A stretch of DNA of 62,917 bases, filler included, from Pelomyxa schiedti (taxonomy: Eukaryota > Protista > Evosea), in assembly GCA_020536535.1 (NCBI GenBank). It is 3 parts of 3 records of this genome, joined end to end, with 100 filler letters (N's around TTAATTAATTAA, not from the genome) between each part and the next. Parts side by side here need not be neighbours in the genome. Positions count along the whole stretch, not along the records: positions 1 to 31,198 come from JAHLWZ010001001.1; positions 31,299 to 58,204 come from JAHLWZ010001036.1; 1 more part is not named here. One strand, 5' to 3'. Position 1 is the stretch's first letter. Each line of letters starts with the position of its first letter. Below, piece by piece: positions 26,340 to 37,782 of the stretch. Under the pieces are notes generated by a model that saw nothing but the letters and a program-made list of their open reading frames with translations, was not told where the DNA came from and ran no database searches. Position numbers and translations under genes: made by a program.

Positions 26340-27070
26340 AGAATGGGTTAGAGTAGTGTGTGGAGATTGTTGCATATGGATTTGGCAAGGTGCACTGATC
26401 GTCCAGCAGGCCCATCTCGTGATATTGACATAACCACATATTCATCTGTTGCACAGGCAGTAATGTTATGTCTAGAGTACATGGAATAAAGTGCGCCATG
26501 AATCCATTCTTCTGATATTTTGGCTGTTATGTACTTCTGCCCTCTTATTGGAATGAAGGGAACTTTTCCGCAAGGGATACTTCCCGCTCAAGAGAATTTC
26601 GGAGATTATTAAGGTAAAGTGTCTTCCAGTCACATTTTCACCGGCTTCCTTGATGTCATTGTGGAAACAAACCATGTAGAATATCTTAGGTATCAGATTT
26701 AACGAATGTTGAGTTGAGTGAAATTGGCTCACTTGTTGTTCATTGCTCACAAAGAAATGCCACCATGTTTTGCAAACAAGCTGGAAAGCCACCAGTGCCT
26801 TATTGTCCAAAAACCCACATATGTGCAAAAGTGGACCAGCAGATAGGGTCCCAAGTGTTCCGTCTGGCCACCACTCCCTTCTACAGCAACAGCCTGAAAA
26901 TCAATAAGTCAAACAGAAGCGAAAAAGTTTGACAGTGTCAAACCTTTGTCCTTGGTGGACACAGAATTCTAGGAATTTTATCTCCTCAGGAAGAATACCA
27001 ATGTTGCTTGCATTCAGGGAACCCAGATACCCGGAGTAAAACAAGCTGCCACTACCTTTCCATCATTCCT
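26340..27070 (-). CDS. Putative F-box-like protein; boundaries approximate
   Basis: 'LLHICGFLDNKALVAFQLVCKTWWHFF' resembles the F-box consensus. Confidence 0.5.
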
Positions 27071-27149
27071 CGCCACCACCTATATTATGTAACGATGACA
27101 GGTGCACTCAGGTCCTAAAACATGTTGATGAGTGCACCACAGAGCATTA

Positions 27150-28332
27150 ACCAATCCGTTCCAACACACTGAGGCTCAAATTCACACCACATCAAAGGGC
27201 ACAACGCTCGACATTGTAATGAATTCCCTCAGTCTCTCTTCGGCAGTTGTCGGCCTCGTTCTATCTGAAAGACGGCATGATGACACTTGGGTTGCAATCA
27301 CACAAAATTTCGGCTAAGACACGAGGCGGTAAAAGTACAAGTGTTATTTATTTCTAGAGAGCTATAACCACTGGTTTGAGTTCCAATTGGCGCTTGGCTG
27401 TAAGGACTCTGATTTTTTCTTCCACTCCTGGTTTGAGTGAGAATTTGTTACTTGTTAAAAATTACGCCGACCTGGAGGAACAGGCATTCCAGCTGGGACA
27501 CTGCTCTTAGCCAAGAGAATTTCTTTGTCAAGCTGCTTTATCCTCCTGTAGGGCCACTTCCTTTCTTTGTGGACAACAGCTGCAAAGTGTTTGCTCAATG
27601 TTGTATTCTTCATGCCTAGTTTTGCTGCAGCATCCTTCTGTGGCATACATAGGTATTCTGTTATATCAACATAGCGGCGAGAGGCGGAGCCTTTTGTGAG
27701 TAAAAGCTCAGTCCGGGAGCTCCCGTTAACACGCGTGCATGCCTTTGTTCAAAAATCAGTACGATTGTGATACATAGATACCAAGTGCACAAACCTCTGG
27801 GAGGGTAAGGCATTCGGGACTCGGGATATCTGATGCCGAGTTGTCAGATACTGTTGGAGAGTGGAGTGGCGAGCCACGGGGCGGTGAAACCGTGATAGTG
27901 GATGTGCAAGAGGAAGTTACAGAGCCGACTGTAGTCGTTGTTGTTGTACTAGAAGTCAAGAGGTGAATTAGGGCTGAGTAGAAACTGAGAGGCGCTCGGT
28001 GAGTTCCCACAGAAAGCCTCGCATGAAATAGAGGACGGGGTAACTGTGCCTGGTGTAGAGCCTGTGGAAGTTAAACAAGTCGGAATTACGATGGTCTACG
28101 TACATTGCCAAATTACGGGAGACTGATTTTCGAAACGAAACGCCTCTCTTAGGTGTGTTTCTTGCTCTGGCGACACACAAGCGGCAGGGGGTGGCGGCAC
28201 CAAATTGTGCATAGAAAGAGAACCACATCGGTTGTGCGATTCGTGTTCGACCTGCTGCTGTATGAGCTCCTGCAGACGTACGAGTAGTTGCTTCGGTTCA
28301 AGCGAATTAGAGCTATTTTGGGAGGACCTCAT
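27150..28332 (-). CDS. RWP-RK domain transcription factor; 3' end approximate
   Basis: 'DITEYLCMPQKDAAAKLGMKNTTLSKHF....ERKWPYRRIKQL' at about 27520-27670. Confidence 0.8.
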
Positions 28333-29192
28333 GAGTTTTCCCGTGGTTTTCGGTTAGTTTTTAAAATGGGCCAGTTTTCTGTTGGATTTCAGCTGGTTTT
28401 CGGGGATGTGCTAAATTTAGATTCGTCATAGGTATTTCGGGAAAGCAAAAGGAAAACGAAGTCAATTGAGCAAACGCTTTTAATAACGTGTGTTCAAAGG
28501 CACTTGCGTGAGCTGAAGCGGTTCCTGTTTGGGTGTGTGTTTGCGTAGTTTTTGGTGATCCACCAACTTGATCTCGCTAGGGTAGCTGCGGAGGCAGGAA
28601 GGAACCGGGCATATGAAAACGCTTTGGGTGCTCAAATGGTCCACCTTTGACAGGGTTCCCTTGCATCTGATTGTGTTCGTGAGGTGAAATGAGAAGATGA
28701 GGAGAAATTACATTGGGCAAGAGGAAACCGTCAATGATTGAGCACACCTCCGGCACAAAGCGTGCATACAGGGTTGCTAGGTGACTTTCAGTTTCGGGGG
28801 TGTATTAATTAAATTGACTACCAATATCGAGTACTGCCAAATTGGGAATGAACACTTGGAACATATGTGCGGTGGCCCACCGGGTCTGTGCTGAATTGCT
28901 TCACCAATAATTTCTACTTCGGCATTTTCTAGAGCTTGAATTTCGAATCGAGCCACTGACTGATACTTCTAGTATAAAGGTTAGCTTTAAGTAATTGACT
29001 GGTAGTACCAGATAGCCATGCTCAGAGGTCTTCTCAGAGTCCACTTGGATGAAAAGATTTAATTTTGTGCAGAAACTTATACTTAGTTTACATAAGGAGG
29101 ATGTGTGGGAACTTTTTTGGGGTTGACAAGAACGAAGACAAAGCCTTGCGAACAATTACAATATGGTGGAAAATTCGTCATCACGTTTCACA

Positions 29193-30929
29193 TTACAGGA
29201 AGAAGGCTGTAAGAGCTATATCCATACCCGGTTGAGTCTGTTGAATGGTAGAAGAAAAACTAGTCCCACCTTGATTCCCAAAAGTGACAACCGGTTGTGA
29301 ACAGTTTGTCCCAATATCACCATTGTGTGCCAAAGATATGTTACATGAAGTTCTGTACTGGAGCTCGAATGGTTGCACTTCATTGAAATGCGCAGTGCAT
29401 CCAAGTTTGAGGTTTGAGTTTGAGCCGGGAAGAGACTGAAATTCTCTTTCTGTCTGTGGCTCCAAAACAATGGGGGGTGCCATAGAGTTGGAAACAAATC
29501 CACCAATATGTGAACCCGCTCCACCAAGGTTTGCATTCGGTTCTGCCAGCGGTTGATGAAAATCAGTCCGTGTCCGTTCTACGGGCTGTCTTTGAGTTTC
29601 AGGCACTGGTTCGTTCTGAGAAATTGGTCTTCTGTATATCTCCAGTGTTTTATCTTTATCACACTGCGAGGTGCTGACTGATGGAACTGGGGGAGAGTTT
29701 ACTTGGTCAGACAGGGATATATCTGAGGCTGGAAAGGACTGAGCCGGTGAAATTTGCACAAAATCATTTTTGGCAGTTACCAGGTCAGAATGTTGCTGCA
29801 GAGTTTCAACCATTGTACCAGATGAAGTTATCATTTCCGAATCGAGTTGTTGAGCAGTCTTGAGGGACGCTGCCTCTGGCAGGTTAACTTCGTGGTCATA
29901 GTCATCCAATTTGGTTGATGTTCCACTGTCCACACTCAACAGCATCGCGCTTTGGTTACAGCTATCGTGTTCACCTTGTACCTGCATCTGAATCAACTCC
30001 TGGTGCTCACACATTGGTCCTTCAGAGGCCTGCGGTTGTGTATCTTGATTGTGTTTATCTTGACTTTGCTCCTGCACTGGGTCTTGGTTTTGTTTGTCCT
30101 GATTTGTCTGCCACTGGGCCTGGCATACCACGTCGTCCCAATCCTGTTTCATCCTAGCACCCCACGTTGATTCCAACAATGACGAAGATGCAGGTGCAGA
30201 CAAAGAGGTGGTGCACAGAAACCGTTGCATCACCAAAGGTTTGTCTTGATCGCTCGTGTCATTAGTTCCGTCTTTCCTTCTGCAGTCCGACGGCAGCTCC
30301 GCCTCCTTTTCGGCTACTTCGCCCTCAGTATCTCCACATCCTTTCTCGCCGCAGCCGGTGATTTTGACCTGCTGCTGCCGCGAGTCGCCGTCGCAATGCG
30401 ATGCAATGGCCGGGGCCCCGTGCTGCGAGACAGGGGATGAGTCCAGAGACGGCAGCGGGGGCGACGGCGAGCACCGGTAGCCTCCGCTCCCGCCCTCGCC
30501 CTCGTCATCGTCCTCCTCCAGCTCATACAACTCGGCCAGCTGGCTCCCGTCGCTCCCTGCCCCCGTAACCATCGCCATCGCCGCCGCAGCACCCATTCCC
30601 AGTCCCAGTCCCGCCTCGTGCGCTCCGAGTGGGATCGCCAGATCCGCCCCCGCTGCGTCGGCTCCGCGCGTCGCCTTCCCGGTAGCCGCCGGCCCCGCCG
30701 CCACGGCAGATCTCGCTGCAGTGGCGCCGGTGGATCCGATCAGGCACTCGAACGGCACCATCGCCGCCGAGTACGAGGGAGGCTGAGGCTGCGGCTGCGG
30801 ATGCGGCTGCGACGGGGAGTTGTGTCGCCGCGGCGCTGCTGCCCCCAACGCGACGCCGCTCGTGGACGTGGTGGGGTGCGCCTCTGAGGTCGTCGGTGAG
30901 GTACAATGACCATCGTGATTTGTGGTCAT
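29193..30929 (-). CDS. Large low-complexity, probably disordered exon of a hypothetical protein; likely continues in exons to about 28500
   Basis: 578-aa ORF, Ala/Gly/Gln/Ser-rich, with no recognised domain. Confidence 0.55.
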   Translation of the reverse strand: MTTNHDGHCTSPTTSEAHPTTSTSGVALGAAAPRRHNSPSQPHPQPQPQPPSYSAAMVPFECLIGSTGATAARSAVAAGPAATGKATRGADAAGADLAIPLGAHEAGLGLGMGAAAAMAMVTGAGSDGSQLAELYELEEDDDEGEGGSGGYRCSPSPPLPSLDSSPVSQHGAPAIASHCDGDSRQQQVKITGCGEKGCGDTEGEVAEKEAELPSDCRRKDGTNDTSDQDKPLVMQRFLCTTSLSAPASSSLLESTWGARMKQDWDDVVCQAQWQTNQDKQNQDPVQEQSQDKHNQDTQPQASEGPMCEHQELIQMQVQGEHDSCNQSAMLLSVDSGTSTKLDDYDHEVNLPEAASLKTAQQLDSEMITSSGTMVETLQQHSDLVTAKNDFVQISPAQSFPASDISLSDQVNSPPVPSVSTSQCDKDKTLEIYRRPISQNEPVPETQRQPVERTRTDFHQPLAEPNANLGGAGSHIGGFVSNSMAPPIVLEPQTEREFQSLPGSNSNLKLGCTAHFNEVQPFELQYRTSCNISLAHNGDIGTNCSQPVVTFGNQGGTSFSSTIQQTQPGMDIALTAFFL

Positions 30930-31298
30930 TGTCGCGGGGTGTCTCTTTTTTTTTGTTTTGGCGTCCTAGTATTTTTTTCGTCAATTCTAGGAAAGGCAAC
31001 TCAATGGGAACCGCGTTTGGTTTAGATTTTTAGAAAAAAAGATGATTCTCTCTACGCGGAGGAGAAAGAGTGATTTGATTTGTGTTCCACCCAAAAGTCG
31101 CTCTATTCGCTACCTTGGGTGGTTTCCGTTGTATTTGTTGTTTTTTTTATTGTTGTAAGTTGGGTAATAGGGGAAAATTAGGTTTGTATAGTAATACANN
31201 NNNNNNNNNNNNNNNNNNNNNNNNNNNNNNNNNNNNNNNNNNTTAATTAATTAANNNNNNNNNNNNNNNNNNNNNNNNNNNNNNNNNNNNNNNNNNNN

Positions 31299-33810
31299 AG
31301 AAACGCTATATCCTTTTCTGTCATGGTCTGTGCGGTTGCTAGCACAGTTCCAGCAGGGATTCTTACAGTCTCTTGCTTGGGATTGAGTATACAAATAGGT
31401 AGAGTTCCTTTCTTCAGCTTGGCTCCCACTCCTGGGGCCATGCACAAATTCACATTAGCTGCAGGTGTTATATTATACAGCATTCCTTCTGCAGCCTCTG
31501 TGTTCACTTGTACCTTCTCGACGACTTTATGTCTGGCAGGATACTCCTTATCTTCTCGGGTGGTAAGGAATACCCTGGTATGCACTGGTGTACAGTGGCA
31601 ATGTACTTGCTTATTCCATGGCAACTCCACGCAGTCAATTGAAGGCAGTGAGACTTCATATTCTGCTCTGAAATCATTACCAAACACCCAGATGTTGTCT
31701 ATGTTCTTGATCACAGCAAACGTGAAGCCAATCTTCCTCCCTGCCAGTGTGAATCTCACTCTTATTGTATTTTCAATACTCAAGCTTGTCTTCCCAGCCA
31801 GTAGTGATCCACTCTCATACGGGGTTTGTACAAACTTATTCCAATTCTTTCTTTCTAACTCTGCAATGAGGTTCCGACTTATCAGTGAATACCCTGAACT
31901 GGTATCCAAGCAAACTTCCCTTGACAGTCCACTCACCATGACTTCTAAATATGTAGGTGTGAATTTATTCCCAACGCCATCTCCATTAACATTGAACATT
32001 CTTTTGTGGGTATTATTTGCAGATAATACCCACAAAAGAATGTTCAATGTTAATGGAGATGGTGTCGGGAATAAATTCACACCTACATATTTAAAAGTCA
32101 CGGTGAGTGGACTGTCAAGGGAAGTTTGCTTGGATACCTGCTTGTGTTATCTGATAGATTATGGGTACTGAAAGTGCTTTCCAAGAATCTCTAAGTGAGT
32201 GTCAACCCTCCCTCCCGTTGGAGAAGCCCCTTCTGCACATCTGTTTATTTCCTCAGAGCTTTGATCTTTGAATCTAACTTTATGCATTCCCACTTTTTTT
32301 CCCTTGATAATGGATTTAAGCTGTCCTTCCTGAGGAGATATCTTCCCCTGAGCGCCAGTCTCCTCCTCTCTACTGGCACCTTCCGGGCTATCTAGTTTCC
32401 CTGGTGTTGTTGTTGTAATAGCGGGCAGTTTGCCTTTAGGTGCCCTGGTTCATGACATCTGAAACACACCCTCGTCTGATAAGGCAGAGACGACTTTGCT
32501 CCCCTATACTCTGTTGTACCCCTGCCTCCTCTCCAGTATCTTGGTCCTCTTGACTCGGGCTCTCCCCTGGTGTGTAGGAGTGCTCCTCTTCCCATTCCCC
32601 TGCCTCGCCCTGGCCCTTACCCCTCTCACTCCAGTTATTTACATAATTTACAGAGTTGTCTCCACAACTGTCACCTTTGCTGGTTCTCACCGTCACCGTC
32701 GATGTATGTATTCCTGCTACTCCCTGGTCATGAACTTATCTGGATCCTGCACATACCACTTGTTGGCTATCTCTGCATATTTTGAGAACGGTATGCTGTC
32801 AACTGTGGCAGCACAGCAACACTCAATCTCATTGACCCAATCAGGGGGTATTAGTCTCTTGAAGGTCTCAATTAAGGTGAAATCGTTCACAGAGGTATTA
32901 GGTCTCATCTGAAAGTGTGAGAGCTCAGCCTTGGCATTTGTTTTCGTATTGATGTCGCATTCCTCCACAAGCAGCTGCAATAGCTCTCGTACTGATTGTA
33001 CATTCCCGGTAGGAATCTGTGCTACTTCCCCCAACAATGCTGGAATAATAGCTGCCATTACTTGGTCATTGAAGAACCTGCGAATAAGTATGTGGACCTT
33101 GTTCAACCAGACTCTTATGTTGGCATCTTTCGAATCCAAGTGGCCTTTGCCTTCCTTCTGGGATATTTCAAAATTAACCACGTCACAGGAGTTTGGAAAT
33201 TTAATTTGAAATTTTTAACAGAGCCTCTCTTGTCTGATTCCCTCTTCTTCTTCCCATTCAGAAGTTGGCTCTTCGTCTTGTTACTGATTCCTGTATGACG
33301 AGAATTGATTCTAATTTCTGCCATAGATGGGAAATCCTGCTGCACTCGGCTGTTGGCCTGCCTTCTTGCTGGCTCAATGTGTTCACGCATGTCCACTGCG
33401 TGCTCGTCTTACTATTACTGCTGGTAGTTGACTGCATCCGTGCCTGCCTGCATTCTGCTACTTCTTCCCTGAGTTCTCGGAGCTCTCTACCAAAGCTGGC
33501 AACCACTTCCAGTACCGAATGTATACTTTCTTGCATCTCCCTGTGTTGGGGTCCATGCACCAGCACTCGACAAGGGTGAGTTGCTCTTGTGAGAGCTGTT
33601 GGTGGAGTGATTCTGGTGATTTCAACTCCACAAGACTCCTCAGACTCTTCTTCCGATTCCGTGGTAGATTCAGGGAGATCTGGAGGTCTGGGCTCTTCCT
33701 GGTGTGCAGGAGCTGCTGGCTCCGGGTGTGTAGAATCGTTCCCTCTGAATGGCCGGCTCTGTCCCGAACTATGTTTCCTGATGATTCTTGGAACTTGCTC
33801 TCTGACACTA
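31299..33810 (-). mobile_element. Degenerate Ty3/Gypsy-like LTR retrotransposon fragment: gag with CCHC knuckle, aspartic protease and dUTPase-like linker; truncated by an assembly gap
   Basis: Zinc knuckle 'CFRCHEPGHLKANC' near 32420-32470. Protease 'VCLDTSSGYSLIS...WVFGNDF'. 'ILNPKQETVRIPAGTVLA'. gag is split across frames and lacks introns. Confidence 0.82.
31901..32138. repeat. 238-bp near-perfect palindrome (two 119-bp inverted arms)
   Basis: ggtatccaagcaaacttccc...gggtattat t tgca g ataataccc...gggaagtttgcttggatacc, centred at 32019/32020, about 5 mismatches. Confidence 0.95.
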
Positions 33811-35295
33811 GCTGTCTGAAACTTGGTTTTTTTTCCTCAAGGTTGGTGTGTTGTTAGTTGTAGTTGACTACATACAGTGACAGCATACAACAACTGATAA
33901 ACTTGTAGGACCACTCATCATCTCTTCCACTGCCTCCTCCCAAGAAGACAACCTTGTGCTCTTTGGAAAGCGTGGCTAACACTGGTCTGTGCTAAAAGGT
34001 GCTGCAGAGATAGTCTTCACCACTTTGTGGTTTGATGTGACAAACTGCAACAAACTCTCTTCTGCAGAATTTCTTGACTACAGTGGTGAAATTGGCACTT
34101 ATTCAGCAACCCACCATCTGCAGTTGGTTCTTCCGTTGGCTCCCCTCCTGAACGGCCTCTGCAGTCACACGAAGAAGGATTTTGAGGCTTTTCAGTCTGT
34201 GTTTCCTCTTGTCTTCTGTGGTCTTCTTCTCGTAAACCTCAGGGAGTTACAAAACCACTCAGCAACACTCCTCTCACTGTCACCAGAAAAAAAAGAGACA
34301 CTCCATTGGCAGACAGACAAGCCTCCAACAGTTTCATCCTCTTAAATAACAAGCCCAAGAAGAAGCCCAGAAATTTGTGTGGACCCTGCCTGGTGATGTC
34401 AATGGAGTGTGTGAATGGCCTGGCTGTTCCATGGGCAGCATGCCACCAGCCTCAGATTGCACTGTTCTTTTGAGAGAACGAACGTGTTTCCTGATGAGGC
34501 ACTTGCTTCAGGTCCTTGTGCCACAGTCAATGAGATTTCTCTCACACTGATTGATGTGTGGCAGACTCTTCAACCCAGAAGTGTCACTGTCTTGAGGCAG
34601 ACTTCTGCACATGTGCGGGTGTGTGACAATGTGAATAACATCAGGTTGCCTGACGCTGCACTCGCACTGAGGAGGAGGACTGATGGCAGAACTGTTTTCG
34701 TGTTTGGGTGTGGTCCCCACCTGAGGGGTTCACAGACCCCGGCACAGTCTTCCAAGTCAACTCCGTGGTGGGGTCGCACCTGACCTGTCACGGCTGAGTG
34801 ACTGTGTGCTCTGTGTTGGGAGGGTCTTGTCACATGTCCTACAAACTGTGGGACTGCTGTGGTGAGACAGCAGACAACCAGCAACGGGTGAGGCGCATAT
34901 AGCAGAGCTGTGATGGATTTTACCATGTCATTGCTGGGTGTGTTTCCTGTTTGCAGTGAAGGGAAGTGGAAGGAAGATACTTGTGATTGAGGCTGCACCA
35001 AGGACTGTTGTTATGGAATTTGCAGCCAAGGGCCTGTGCACATCCAGAAACAAGGGTCCCTCTTCTTCTCATGACGCACAAATGTAAAATGTCATTAAAC
35101 AAGTTTGAAACCTCCTAACACCAGGGGTGGCACCAGAAAGAACGAGAGGGAAAAAAAAACGCAACTGCAGGTCTTCCAGATCTTTTTTTTTTCTTTTCTA
35201 TTGCTCTTCCAGAGTCTTCTTGTTCTTCGGCCGAACACATTCCGACAAAACAAACCTCAAACGCGCAGTGGTGCGTGGACGCAAATCCGCAGATC

Positions 35296-37523
35296 ATGTC
35301 GACAACAAAGGCAACGGCGACAACATCCGGTTCGGGGAGTAGTCCGACGCTGAGAAATGCGTCGCTGGACATGCCACGTACATCGCCCACGTTGAGATCT
35401 CCGTCGCCGGTTGGAGAGGTCGTAGTGTTGCCGGGACCCCCTGGCAGTTCTGCAACAACTCCGCCCCCCTCTACTGGCCTTCTAACTCCTGGTTTTTTCT
35501 TTTTTCTTCTTCTTCTTCCCTCTGGTTGTTGGTTTTTTGGTTGTTGCTATATTCTTGGTTTCTTATTGTTGTTGTGTTTTATGTTGCCTCTTTGATGGGC
35601 ATCTCCCTAACAGTTTGGGGTTTTCTTCCTCTTTTGCCAAAGGTGACCCTTCTGCGTCTCTTAAAGCAGCGGTGGATGCTGCTGAACAACTACAGAGTTG
35701 GTTGAAGGAACCCATTACCAGGGAGGAAGTTGCTGGGCGCACTATTGCCTGGGATGGGCATGTACATGCGGAGCTCCTTACTTCACAGCAAGCAGAAATG
35801 TTGAAAGCTTATGATAAGCGGGAACTCTCTGCAAAAACACAAATGATAGCATCTGTAAGACCCATTCTTCTCTTTGACTTGAGTAACTTTTTTACAGCGC
35901 GGGGTTGAGTACGTGCACCTGCTCCTGCACCTCTTGACAACTATAAACACAGTCGACACCCAGCAGTACATTATTCTTCTTCTTGCTGAAATTGTAGAAG
36001 GTTTCCATTCTTATGGGTCAAAAAAAATAAAATAAAATTAACGTTTCCAAGTTGACCCGGATAGGAGACTTCCCTTGATATTACAAGTAGAAGCACACAT
36101 GGATCCATATGTACCCCTCTTAAAGTACTTATTTTGTAGTGTTAAAGTTGTATTTACTGTGCTTTTCAGCCTTTCTTGCAAGGAGGGTTCAGATTGGTTC
36201 TGCCAAAAAGAGGCTTTTATGCTTTTGGCACGACTTTTCTGGTACTTGGCAAAACCTTTTCCTGTTTGATTTACTGTAATCAGCAAAGCACAAAATATTA
36301 ACCCAGAGCATATTGAAAGATTCCTGGACCAACTGTGCAAACAACTCGTGCTGGAAAATCCGGTGGAAGTTCGAATAGCCGTCTTACCTCTTATGGTAAC
36401 CCTCCCACCAAATGAGGCAAGGTTTTTTTCTGATTATTACAGAAACTTCTCGTAAGACCTGATTTCCGTATCCCCTTCTATCAGAGGAAAGGCGTGCAAT
36501 TGTATCTCTCTTTCTCCCTCAAATTTTAAATCACATTTTTCAGACTCACTGACGTCATTGCATGCCACCTGTCCGTTGTTAAGTTTCAACTTCTTTATGA
36601 AGTCATTTTCTGCATTTGGCTTCTTTGCTATGAGAAGGATATCGCTAGTTTGTCCTCTAATACCATGTGTTGGAAATTTACTCTCCAAAGGTCATCTCCC
36701 TGACGAGTTAATTCCTCATCTTGTGGATATTATCAAACTTGTACAAAAAGAAAAAGTTCATCGTGTCTGCATTGCTACTTTCCGGGTATCTTTGGTTGAA
36801 TGTGTTGCCGCTTCTAAAGTAATTCAGAATATGAGTGCATTGGAACGGAATCTCGTTGGAATGATTTCGTGCGGAGTCCACAGGATGATGCCGTTACTTT
36901 TATCTCGCAAGTGGGGAGACACAGATGTTGCAGATGACTTGCAGGAGATTGATTCTGCTATACAGAAGCAACTTCACGTCATGAGGTTCGAGCAGAGTGC
37001 TTTTTCTTTTTTTCCTTAAAAAAAAAGCTCCTTTGATGTTTACAAGCACGAAATACTGTCTCGCCGTCTGGAGTGGAGTCCTGTGCATCAATCTGATAAA
37101 TTTTGGAGGGAAAATGCTTCCCGTTTTGAAGAAAACAAATATGAAATGCTTGGGTATGTAGTTTCGCTCTTATTTAACTTTCAGGTTGCTTATTCTATGC
37201 AGGACTCTTGAAGATATTCTGAAGACGTCAGAGGACCCCGTTGTTCTTTCTGTAGCGTGCCATGACTTAGGGGAATTTGTTCAGCATCACCCTCGCGGAA
37301 GGAGGTATCTTTCCTCTACATTTCTTCTTTTATAACGAAATTACCCAGCTTGATCAATCAAATGAATGTAAAAGTGGAACTGATGAAGCTCCTTCAACAC
37401 AAATCACCCGAAGTTCAGAAGCACGCCTTATTTTCATTGCAGAAGATGATGGCACACAAATGGTATGTCCCTGTACCATCCCACCCAGTCTGACCCTTCC
37501 ACAGGGATAACCTTGGTTCCTAA
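35296..37523 (+). CDS. ATP6V1H: V-type proton ATPase subunit H
   Basis: 'RTIAWDGH', '[22 protein letters not shown]', '[19 protein letters not shown]', '[14 protein letters not shown]'. Confidence 0.92.
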
Positions 37524-37782
37524 TAACACGGTCACAACACGACTACCCTTAAGAAATCCACACCTCCGCTTCAGCAAAAATTAAGTGCACTACATCCCAT
37601 TTTCCTTTTGCACCTAAAAGTCCCCTAAAAACCTATTCTTTGTTTCGTGAAACTTCCTTGTTGGCCCTGGGCTCCGGCGCTGAAAATGATTCTTTGCTTT
37701 TTTCCACTAAGCACGAAAACAAATGATCAACGGGTGGTCCATACCTTTGTAAAAAGGAAAAAAGGTTGCTACAACAATCCAC

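Noticed and set aside
31199-31298. ttaattaattaa flanked by N runs (also at 58205-58304)
   Set aside because: An identical all-frame-stop linker inside gaps is a scaffolding artefact. Adjacency across these gaps is not reliable.
31323-32171. Plus-strand 282-aa ORF with an internal mirror of the protease ORF
   Set aside because: It is the antisense shadow of pol plus the palindrome, not a gene.
35115-35136. 'accaggggtggcacca' as a tRNA 3' end or primer-binding site
   Set aside because: There is no cloverleaf or adjacent LTR boundary that I can support.
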